NCBI GenBank assembly: GCA_047602425.1
Contig: JASGHG010000001.1
Coordinates: 4,256,001 to 4,320,000, forward strand
Direction: 5' to 3'
Source: Nibricoccus sp.
GTDB taxonomy: Bacteria; Verrucomicrobiota; Verrucomicrobiia; Opitutales; Opitutaceae
DNA: 64,000 nt
Numbering within the stretch: position 1 is the first letter of the stretch; the number at the start of each line of letters is the position of its first letter. The notes under the pieces are model-generated. The model had not been told where the DNA came from and did not search any database. It saw only the letters and a list, made by a program, of their open reading frames with translations. Of this stretch, positions 56,214-64,000 are shown in pieces. The position numbers and the translations under genes are program-made.

Positions 56214-59200
56214 TCAGTGGAAATCATGTGAGGTTTGCGCAGGCAGGTCCGAGTCGTGAAGCGGTTCGATCCGCTCGGCGCGGATGTGGATAACGCCGGA
56301 GACGTTTTGCAGCGGGCCGGTGATTTTGAGCGCGGGCTCCTGTGTGATCACGAGGCGGAGTTCTTCGAACAGCGCAGGGGCGACGACGGCATTGGCAATA
56401 CCGGTTTCGTCTTCGAGACTTACGAACACGACACCCTGTGCGGTGCCAGGTCGCTGGCGGCAGATGACCGAACCGGCGATGGTGACGCGAGTTTCATTGG
56501 CGATTTCTTTTAGATCGGTGGCACGAGTGACATCGGTCAGACGATCACGCAGCAAAGCCATCGGGTGGCGACCGGCAGTGAGACCGAGGCCGCGGAAATC
56601 GGCGCCAAGGCGTTCGGTGAGCGACATGGGTGCGAGCGGCGAGGCAGTGTCTTCGGATTGTCCGAAAAGGCGGAAAAGGCTCTCGTCATCGGACCACGCG
56701 GCTTCGACTTTCCACAGTGCATCGCGACGGTGGCGGGCGAGGCAATTGAGTGCGCCGACGGAGGCGAGCGAGCGACGCTCGGCGGCGGTTAAATCGGTGC
56801 GACGGAGAAAATCGTCCATCGATGCGAAGGCTTTTTCGCAACGCGCGGCGAGCAGTTGTTGCACGCCGGCTTCCCGCAGTCCTTTCACATAGCGCAGGCC
56901 GATGCGCATGGTGTTTGGTCCCTCGACCGTGCAAATCCAGTCGGAGTGTTGCACGCAAACCGGATTGACCTGGAGTTGGCAGTGACCGCGCTTGGCGTCC
57001 TGGAGCAACGTGGCCGGCGAGTAGAATCCCATCGGCTGGTTGTTGAGCAGGCTGGCATAAAACTCTGCTGGCCGATGAAACTTCAGCCACGTGCTCGAAT
57101 AGGCGAGCATCGCGAAGCCAATGGCGTGCGATTCGGGAAAACCATAGGCGGCAAAGGTCGTGGCGGAATGGACGACTTTGTCGACGACGGCCTTGTTGTA
57201 GCCCTGCTGGCGCAGCGCGGCAACGAGTTTGCGGAGGGATTTGGCGAGCCGCTCAGGATTTTTGGTGAAGCCCATCGCGCGTCGCAGTTCCTCGGCCTCG
57301 GCGCCAGAGAACTTCGCGAGCGACATGGAGATTTCCAGCATCTGCTCCTGAAAGAGAATGACGCCCATCGTGCGCTCGAGAATGGGTTTGACGAGATGCT
57401 CGACGCTCTTGTCGATATAAACAGGTTCCTCCAGGCCGTCCCGCCGGCGGATAAGCGGATGCACGAGCTTGCCAGTGATCGGGCCGGGACGAACGAGCGC
57501 GACTTCGATGGCGAGATCGTAAAGATCCTTCGGCTTGAAACGCGGCAGTGTGGCCATCTGGGCACGGCTCTCGATCTGGAAAACGCCCACGGTATCGGCG
57601 GCGCGAATACGTTCGTAGGTGAATTTGTCCTCGGGCGGAATATCGTTGAGATGGTTCGGTCCGTCGGGACGCTGGCGGCAAAGTTCGACCGTTTCCTGCA
57701 GCACGGCCATCATGCCGAGGCCGAGAAAATCGATTTTCACGATGCCGAGATTCTCGCAATCGTCTTTGTCCCACTGGCAGACGCTCCGATCGGTCATGGT
57801 GGCGGGTTCGAGCGGGACAACCTTGTCGAGCTGGCCCTGACAGATCACCATGCCGCCGGAGTGCTGGCCGAGGTGGCGCGGCAAGCCTTGGCGAAAATGA
57901 TGGTTGAGCCGGGCGAGTGCGAAGGCGCGCGGATGATCGGCCGCGATGCCGGACATTTTGAGTTGATCCTGCAACTGGAGCGTCTGCGGAAAATCGCCGT
58001 TGGCATAAAGACTGGAAAACCGATCCAAAGCGTCATCGCCGAAGCCGAGGACCTTGCCGACTTCGCGAATGGTGCTGCGGCCGCGGTAGGTGATGACGTT
58101 GGCGGTCATGGCGGCCCCGCGCCGGCCGTAGCGATTGTAGACTTCCTGGATCACGCTCTCGCGCCGCTCGCCGCTGGGGAAATCAAGATCGATGTCGGGC
58201 CACGAAGGGCGGCCATCCTTGCCGACGCGGCTGTCGTTGAGGAAACGCTCGAAAAGCAGGCGGTGTTTGAGCGGATTCACTGCGGTGATGCCGAGCACGT
58301 AACAAACGGCGCTGTTGGCGGCGCTGCCGCGGCCTTGGACGAGGATGCCACGCGAACGGGCCCACGCACAGATATCCCAAACGATGAGAAAATATCCGGA
58401 GAATTTCAGGCGTGCGATGAGCTCAAGTTCCTTATTGAGCTGTTTGATCAGCTCCTCGGGCAATGAATCCAAGCGCCGATGGGCGCAGGCGAAAGTCTGC
58501 TCGCGCAGAAAAGCGTCCATCGATTGGCCGGGCGGTGTGGGAAAGGTTGGGAACTCATAGCCGAGATTTTCGAGCGTGAAGCCGAGACGCTCATTGAGCC
58601 GCGCGGAATTTTCCACGGCAGATGGAAAATCGCAGAAAAGCTCGCGCATAATCTGCGCAGTTTTCACATGACGCTGGGAATTGATTTCGAGTTTTCTTCC
58701 AGCGGAATCGAGCGTGGTGTGCAGGCGCAGACAGCTGAAAACGTCAGCGACAACGCGATGCTCCGGGACGGCATAGTTCACTCCGCCGGTGGCGAGCATT
58801 GGGAGGCGATGTGCGGCAGCGAGGTCGGCGAGGAATTTGATTTCACGCTCCTCGCCGCGGATGCGGTGGCGCTGAAGTTCGACGAACACGTTGTCAGGAC
58901 CAAAGATTGTCGTAAGCTTTTTGAGCGCTTCGGCTGCAGCAGTTTTGTCGGCCGTGCGCCAGGCACGGCGAATGGGCCCTTCCTCGTCGCCGGTGAGCGC
59001 GATCAAGCCATGGGAAAAACGCGCGAGTTCGTCCCACGTGGCGAAGCACGGGCGTTTGCGTTCGGAAGGATCGGCGCCCGCTGGAAGTTCGGGCAGTACG
59101 AGGTTGGGAGGGCGCTCAGTGAGTTTTGCTTCAGTGATGAGCTGACAGAGGTTTTGATAGCCGGTGCGCGTGGCGACGAGCAGAGGCACGATGCTGCCAT

Positions 59201-59420
59201 CTTCCATGGTGATTTCGGCGCCGACGCGCGGGCAAAGTGCAAAATTGTTTTCCTGTGCTGCACCATAAAAACGCGGTGCGCCGTACACGCCGTCCCGATC
59301 GAGTAGAGCCATGGCGGGCAATTGTGCGTCGATGCCTGCTTGCACGAGATCTTCGGGCAAAGACGCGCCGCGCAAAAAGCTGAAGGCGCTGCGGGCGTGA
59401 AGTTCAATGTAGGCGCTCAT
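56214..59420 (-). CDS. dnaE2: Error-prone DNA polymerase DnaE2 (ImuC)
   Basis: YIELHARSAFSFLRGAS, GRGSAANS, PDIDLDF, PRHLGQHSGG, YGFPESHA, NNQPMGFY, RQRPGTA and C-terminal SHDFH. Confidence 0.96.
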   Translation of the reverse strand: MSAYIELHARSAFSFLRGASLPEDLVQAGIDAQLPAMALLDRDGVYGAPRFYGAAQENNFALCPRVGAEITMEDGSIVPLLVATRTGYQNLCQLITEAKLTERPPNLVLPELPAGADPSERKRPCFATWDELARFSHGLIALTGDEEGPIRRAWRTADKTAAAEALKKLTTIFGPDNVFVELQRHRIRGEEREIKFLADLAAAHRLPMLATGGVNYAVPEHRVVADVFSCLRLHTTLDSAGRKLEINSQRHVKTAQIMRELFCDFPSAVENSARLNERLGFTLENLGYEFPTFPTPPGQSMDAFLREQTFACAHRRLDSLPEELIKQLNKELELIARLKFSGYFLIVWDICAWARSRGILVQGRGSAANSAVCYVLGITAVNPLKHRLLFERFLNDSRVGKDGRPSWPDIDLDFPSGERRESVIQEVYNRYGRRGAAMTANVITYRGRSTIREVGKVLGFGDDALDRFSSLYANGDFPQTLQLQDQLKMSGIAADHPRAFALARLNHHFRQGLPRHLGQHSGGMVICQGQLDKVVPLEPATMTDRSVCQWDKDDCENLGIVKIDFLGLGMMAVLQETVELCRQRPDGPNHLNDIPPEDKFTYERIRAADTVGVFQIESRAQMATLPRFKPKDLYDLAIEVALVRPGPITGKLVHPLIRRRDGLEEPVYIDKSVEHLVKPILERTMGVILFQEQMLEISMSLAKFSGAEAEELRRAMGFTKNPERLAKSLRKLVAALRQQGYNKAVVDKVVHSATTFAAYGFPESHAIGFAMLAYSSTWLKFHRPAEFYASLLNNQPMGFYSPATLLQDAKRGHCQLQVNPVCVQHSDWICTVEGPNTMRIGLRYVKGLREAGVQQLLAARCEKAFASMDDFLRRTDLTAAERRSLASVGALNCLARHRRDALWKVEAAWSDDESLFRLFGQSEDTASPLAPMSLTERLGADFRGLGLTAGRHPMALLRDRLTDVTRATDLKEIANETRVTIAGSVICRQRPGTAQGVVFVSLEDETGIANAVVAPALFEELRLVITQEPALKITGPLQNVSGVIHIRAERIEPLHDSDLPAQTSHDFH

Positions 59421-59430
59421 GGCTTCGCGC

Positions 59431-59530
59431 AAATTTCAAAATTCCAAAATTTCAAAACCCAAAAACAGAAGCGCGTTGGCGCGCAGATTTCCTTTTTTGG
59501 GGTTGGAGTTTTGGCGTTTGGGATTTCTGA
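59431..59530. repeat. Octamer array with inverted arm at the imuB/dnaE2 junction
   Basis: aaatttca aaattcca aaatttca aaacccaa ... ttggggttggagttttggcgtttgggattt. Confidence 0.7.
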
Positions 59531-59543
59531 AAAATGGAATTTT

Positions 59544-61001
59544 TCAGTCATATTCTCCTTCGATGAAAAACGCCTCATTGATCTGGATCAGGCGATAGAG
59601 GCCGCCGTCGGTTAGAACGATGTCCCATTCCGTGCGGGCCCAAGCGCGGTCAGGTTGCCACCAATCGCCATTGCTGCGCCAGGGGCCAAGAATAGTGTCG
59701 ATGGCTCCGTGAAAAGGTTCGGCCCAGAGGTAGGTGGGTGTCTCGCCAGTGAATTCCAGTTTGACTGGCAGCGGTGGACGAAAACGACGCAGCGGAAGGC
59801 CGACAGGCGGATGAATGGCTGTGTCGGGCGCGGGTGGAATGACAGCAAGCGGTGGGACGAGTTTGACCGCGTCGGGACGGTACGAGTCTTCAAGTTGTGG
59901 TGTGCCGATCCGGTCAGAACCGACAATGGCGACGACCCGTGCAAGCGTTTCGGCGAAGCCGTGAGGATCGCGCAGGCCGGTTTCGAATAGCCCTTGCTGG
60001 CGCACCAGAGGACGTGTGGGAATCAGACGCAGTTGCAGCGCCACGATGGGCGAGGCGGTTTGCACGGATTCGAGGTGCGTATGCAAGGTGCGGAAAAGAA
60101 TTTCCACCTCACCGGTTGGTTCGGGCAGTCGAAAACGACGCCCGTATTGCGTGTCGTCTTCGAGTCGAAGGGCGAGTTCGATTTCGACGGCGACGAGTTG
60201 TGCGACGCGAAGTTCCAGGGTGAGCCGATCAAGGAAACGGCGAAGCAGGAATAACAACGGCTCCAGCGTTTCGACAGGCTCTTCAAACTCGAACTTGGCG
60301 GAAAAATCCTGCGGCGGCGTGGCGAGCTTGAGCGGGCGGGAGTTGTCGCCCGTTGCGCGATTCCAAAAGGCGAGACCTTCGGCGCCGAAGCGATGGATGA
60401 TTTCGTCGCGCGGCAGGGCGGTGAGATCGCCAAGAGTTCGCAGACCCCATTGGGCGAAAACCTCGGCGAGTTCAGCCGAAGGAGTGGCGGTCGACAGTGG
60501 TAGCGGAGCGAGGAAGGATTCTTCGTCGGAAATTTTGAAGACGGGATTTGCCACACGAGCGGCATAAAGCGCGAGCCGCGGCGTCCGAGCGAGGCCGGCG
60601 GTGGCAGGCAGGCCGAGAAGATTGAGCTGGGCAACCGCTTCGAGGGCGCGCGGAGTGTGTTGTAACGGATCGAGACCTTGCAATGCGATGGTGCAAATGC
60701 CTGGTTCGGTTTCTTCGACCGAAGGCGAGAGCGTGAATGCTAGTGCGAGCAGTACGCGGGCGGCTTCGCTCTCGGCTTCCGGCTCGGGCGTGCGGATGAG
60801 CAGCGAGGCGCAGCGGGCGACGGCTTGCGGAGCGGTCATGCCGAGGCAAACACCGGCATTGCGGGCGGGGGCATTGGCAGCGAGGACGAGGGATTTTTTT
60901 CGCGTGCCGTCAAAGAGCGCTGCGGGACGGCCGGCCGTTTCCGGTTCGTTGCGAAGTACGGCGTGCAGCGCGAAGTCGGCGATGTGGAGGACGGCGAACA
61001 T
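59544..61001 (-). CDS. imuB: ImuB, catalytically inactive Y-family polymerase-like protein
   Basis: GMTAPQAVARC, WGLRTLGDL, beta-clamp-like QQGLF and GPWR..G.WW...YRL...EGEYD C-terminus. Lies between imuA and dnaE2. Confidence 0.92.
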   Translation of the reverse strand: MFAVLHIADFALHAVLRNEPETAGRPAALFDGTRKKSLVLAANAPARNAGVCLGMTAPQAVARCASLLIRTPEPEAESEAARVLLALAFTLSPSVEETEPGICTIALQGLDPLQHTPRALEAVAQLNLLGLPATAGLARTPRLALYAARVANPVFKISDEESFLAPLPLSTATPSAELAEVFAQWGLRTLGDLTALPRDEIIHRFGAEGLAFWNRATGDNSRPLKLATPPQDFSAKFEFEEPVETLEPLLFLLRRFLDRLTLELRVAQLVAVEIELALRLEDDTQYGRRFRLPEPTGEVEILFRTLHTHLESVQTASPIVALQLRLIPTRPLVRQQGLFETGLRDPHGFAETLARVVAIVGSDRIGTPQLEDSYRPDAVKLVPPLAVIPPAPDTAIHPPVGLPLRRFRPPLPVKLEFTGETPTYLWAEPFHGAIDTILGPWRSNGDWWQPDRAWARTEWDIVLTDGGLYRLIQINEAFFIEGEYD

Positions 61002-61017
61002 GAGGACGGACTTTTTT

Positions 61018-61050
61018 AACCGCTAATTTGCGCTAATGGACGCTAATTTC
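61018..61050. repeat. 10-bp-period array at the imuA/imuB junction
   Basis: aac cgctaatttg cgctaatgga cgctaatttc. Same unit as at 33247 and 34375. Confidence 0.75.
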
Positions 61051-61076
61051 TAAAACGCGTTGGCGGTAGGATGCGA

Positions 61077-61727
61077 TTAACCGGCTGCTGCGGTCTGCAG
61101 TCGCTGACGTTGAACCGTGGGTGCGAGTTGTGTCGTGAGTGCGGGGCGCTCGGCTTCAAGCGCGGCGATGGGATGCGAACGATCGAGCACGAAGCGCAAC
61201 CTGGCGCTAGGCACAAGGGCGAACGGCGTCTCGATCAGGAGAGGCAGGCCGCTTTGTTCGGCGGCGCGTTGCAGGCGATACCAGGAGGTTGAGGGTTCGC
61301 GACGCAGTTCGCGCTCGGGTAGACCACGCACGTCAATGAGCACGAGCCCAAAGTTCGCATCGCGTGCGAGCAGATCGGCGACTTGCATCGTTTCAGAAAG
61401 CGTGTGGCAGCGAACCCATACGAGGTGGGCGAGGGCGTCTTGGGTGAAGGACTGTGGATCGAAGGTGTTGGCGCCATCGACCAGTGCGACGCGCAGGCGC
61501 TGCTGGCGACTTGCTTCGAGCAGGCGCGCCAAAACGAGGGTGCCGCCACCACTGGGCGTGGAGCAGATGATTTCGGTTATGGAGCCGGTTGGAAGACCAC
61601 CAGTAGCGGAGTCGATGGAAGGCAGGCCCGTGGCGATGCGATTGCCCTGAACCGTCGCGATGGTGTCGGGGAAGCGGCGGGCAAGGAGGTCGCGCAAAGC
61701 GTGGAGTTTTTCGGAGGCGGCAGGCAT
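61077..61727 (-). CDS. imuA: ImuA / RecA-like protein
   Basis: IATGLPSIDSATGGLPTGSITEI, degenerate Walker A, ALVDGANTFDP, LVLID and RLQRAAE. Confidence 0.88.
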   Translation of the reverse strand: MPAASEKLHALRDLLARRFPDTIATVQGNRIATGLPSIDSATGGLPTGSITEIICSTPSGGGTLVLARLLEASRQQRLRVALVDGANTFDPQSFTQDALAHLVWVRCHTLSETMQVADLLARDANFGLVLIDVRGLPERELRREPSTSWYRLQRAAEQSGLPLLIETPFALVPSARLRFVLDRSHPIAALEAERPALTTQLAPTVQRQRLQTAAAG

Positions 61728-61754
61728 GCACGTCTGGTTCTCATGATTGCGCGT

Positions 61755-62357
61755 TTATGCGTGCGGTCGAAGGAGGCCGACCATGACACCTTGAATAACG
61801 AGCTCGCGCGCCGGAATAAGATCGGGGTAGCGGGGATTTTCCGCGCGCAGGTAGGACTGGCCGCGTTGAACGAGAAAACGTTTCAAGGTCGATTCGCCGT
61901 CGATCAGTGCGGCCACGATGTCGCTGGCGCGTGGTTCGCGTTTGACGAGAAAAACGACATCGCCATCCAGAATGCCCGCGCCGGTCATCGAGTCGCCGCG
62001 CACGGTGAGGGCGAAGAGCGAAGTGTTGGCGCGCAGACCAAGCGCAACGGGATCGATGGCGACATGTTTGTCCGGTTGCTGTTCGGCTTCGACGGGAAGA
62101 CCGGCGGGGATGGTGCCATAGAGAGGCACGGCGGTGAACGACGGATTGTGCAGCGTCGGCGCAGTGAAACCACGGGCTTTGCCGGGGCGGCGGGCGAGTG
62201 CGCCTTTTTTCTCCAAGGCCTGCAAATGCCGTGTGACGGCGAAGGGGCTGGCGAAACCGAAATGTGCCTGAATCTCACGCAACGTCGGCGGCACTCCGTG
62301 CTTGCGCTGATGCGCATGCACGTAATCGAGAACCTGTTGTTGGCGCTTTGTCAGCAT
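61755..62357 (-). CDS. lexA: LexA repressor
   Basis: LTKRQQQVLD, PPTLREI, HLQALEKKG, Ala-Gly cleavage site IPAGLP, catalytic GDSM and TLKR. Confidence 0.96.
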   Translation of the reverse strand: MLTKRQQQVLDYVHAHQRKHGVPPTLREIQAHFGFASPFAVTRHLQALEKKGALARRPGKARGFTAPTLHNPSFTAVPLYGTIPAGLPVEAEQQPDKHVAIDPVALGLRANTSLFALTVRGDSMTGAGILDGDVVFLVKREPRASDIVAALIDGESTLKRFLVQRGQSYLRAENPRYPDLIPARELVIQGVMVGLLRPHA

Positions 62358-62359
62358 AG

Positions 62360-62373
62360 TGTGCAAATGAACA
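62360..62373. promoter_or_regulatory. LexA box (Verrucomicrobia-type TGTTC-N4-GAACA, one mismatch)
   Basis: TGTGCAAATGAACA (minus strand TGTTCATTTGCACA), 2 nt upstream of the lexA ATG. Confidence 0.75.
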
Positions 62374-62547
62374 CTGTTTGATGTCCGATGCAACGGTTGT
62401 TTGCGCGCGGCTGCGTAAGTCGCTTTCAAATGGCGAGGCTGCGGACCTTTTTAACAACAGCGATTGCGTTCAGGCGTCTTCGCTCAGATTGCAAAGGTGT
62501 TGGGGCAGCTTTTCCAATTCCTCCAAACGCGGCTTAATAACACGATT

Positions 62548-64000
62548 TCAGCTTTCGAAATTTTGCTTCGGGTTTGTTTTTAGGAAATCGGCGATGAAGG
62601 AGGTGAAGAGCGGGCCGAGTTCGGCGCGTTTTTTTTCGCCCATGCCGAAGATGCCTTCGAGGGCGTCGTCGTTTTCTGGATACTCGCGTGCGAGCTGGCG
62701 AAGCGTGGCGTCGCCAAAAATCACGTAGGCGGGGACCTTGCGTTCGTCGGCGAGACGCTTCCGGAAGTCGCGCAGGCGGGCGAAGAGGATTTCGTCGCAC
62801 TCGATGTCGCCCTCGCGGCGGACAATCTTTCGAACCTTGGGTGTGACGAGTAGTTTGGTCAGCGTGATGGACTGACGGCTGCGCAACACTTCCATGCCTT
62901 CATGCGTGACTTCGAGGGTGGGATATTCGCCATCGGTCTGACGAAGGTAGCCGAGGCGCATGAGCTCGCGGCCAATGCCGGACCATTGCGGGCGCGGGAG
63001 GTCTTTGCCGATGCCATAAGTGGAGAGTTTGTCATGATCCCAGCGGCGGATTTTATCGGTGTCGGCGCCGGTGAGGACCTCGCAGACATGGTTGATGCCC
63101 ACGCCGAAACGGCTGACGGCGTTGATGCGGTAAACGCAGGAAAGAAATTTTTGCGCGGGAATGGTGCCGTCGTAGGTTTCGCGCGGTTCGAGGCAATTGT
63201 CGCAGGCGCCGCAATTATCGAGCGGAAATTTTTCGCCGAAATAATCGAGCAACTCGGAGCGGCGACAGCCACTGCTCTCGGCGTAGTGCATGATCTGTCG
63301 AAGCTGGGCGCGGGCGACTTGTTGCTCCTGCGGGTTGGTTATTTGATCGATGAAATGAGTCTGCTTGACGGCGTCGCCGGCATTGAAGAGCAGGAGGCAG
63401 TCGCTGGGGAGACTGTCGCGTCCGGCGCGGCCGGTTTCCTGGTAATAACCCTCAATGTTTTTGGGCAGGTCGTAATGCACAACCCAGCGGACGTTGGGTT
63501 TGTTGATGCCCATGCCGAAGGCGATCGTGGCACAGATGATGCGAACCTCGTCGCGTAGGAAGAGCTCTTGGTTGCGGGAACGTTCCTCGGCGGCGAGACC
63601 GGCGTGGTACGGGCGGGCGCTGAAACCGCGTCCGGCGAGGGCCTCGGCCACGCGCTCGGTGGCGGCGCGGCTCGCGCAGTAGATGATACCGCTCTCGTCC
63701 TCGCGTTTTTTCACCCAAGCGATGATTTGCTTCGCGGGCTCGTCTTTGGGAATGACCTTGTAGGTGAGATTGGGGCGATTGAAGGAGGCGACGAAAACGG
63801 CGGGCTCGCGAAGCTTCAGGTATTTTATAATGTCGGTACGGACTCGTTCGGTCGCGGTGGCGGTGCAGGCCATCACAGGCACGTCGGGCAGGAATTCGCG
63901 GAGCTTGGAGAGCTGGCGATATTCCGGGCGGAAATCGTGGCCCCATTCGGACACGCAGTGGGCTTCGTCGATGGCGATGGCGGCGACGTTCCACGCCTTC
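62548..64000 (-). CDS. recQ: DNA helicase RecQ (5' end outside the window)
   Basis: IDEAHCVSEWGHDFRPEY, TATAT, ATIAFGMGI, YYQETGRAGRD, RQC zinc motif and HRDC (VPAYVIFGDATL). Confidence 0.97.
   Translation of the reverse strand, partial: KAWNVAAIAIDEAHCVSEWGHDFRPEYRQLSKLREFLPDVPVMACTATATERVRTDIIKYLKLREPAVFVASFNRPNLTYKVIPKDEPAKQIIAWVKKREDESGIIYCASRAATERVAEALAGRGFSARPYHAGLAAEERSRNQELFLRDEVRIICATIAFGMGINKPNVRWVVHYDLPKNIEGYYQETGRAGRDSLPSDCLLLFNAGDAVKQTHFIDQITNPQEQQVARAQLRQIMHYAESSGCRRSELLDYFGEKFPLDNCGACDNCLEPRETYDGTIPAQKFLSCVYRINAVSRFGVGINHVCEVLTGADTDKIRRWDHDKLSTYGIGKDLPRPQWSGIGRELMRLGYLRQTDGEYPTLEVTHEGMEVLRSRQSITLTKLLVTPKVRKIVRREGDIECDEILFARLRDFRKRLADERKVPAYVIFGDATLRQLAREYPENDDALEGIFGMGEKKRAELGPLFTSFIADFLKTNPKQNFES

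Overview
This is a chromosomal window from a GC-rich bacterium, most consistent with Verrucomicrobia (Opitutaceae-like). The taxonomy is inferred from a VPDSG/PEP-CTERM-type sorting tail, a TGTTC-N4-GAACA-like LexA box and the gene content. Core genes are argS (partial), a 2-oxoacid:ferredoxin oxidoreductase alpha/beta pair, uvrA, cysI, hrpB and recQ (partial). Other recognisable modules are a lexA-imuA-imuB-dnaE2 mutagenesis cassette, a DUF1302-DUF1329-YCF48-MMPL uptake operon, a TonB-dependent receptor, a Pho-box-preceded phytase-like gene and a GmrSD-like (DUF262/DUF1524) gene. The most interesting observations are: (1) the SOS mutasome operon appears extended by an Endonuclease Q-like PHP nuclease; (2) a secreted NNCYNY/DFHWYR papain-like protein is paired with a separate secreted SGRPNP partner; (3) a thymidine phosphorylase homologue lacks the catalytic His and the phosphate loop; (4) an S41 protease forms an operon with two giant tandem Sel1 paralogues; (5) short-period (7-10 bp) repeat arrays and REP doublets sit at operon junctions and in two cases have been recruited into coding sequence; (6) an 89-bp direct repeat brackets an accessory cassette; (7) a candidate ~110-nt sRNA. 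No rRNA, tRNA, CRISPR array, transposase or integrase was recognised. All family assignments come from motif recognition by eye, not database searches.
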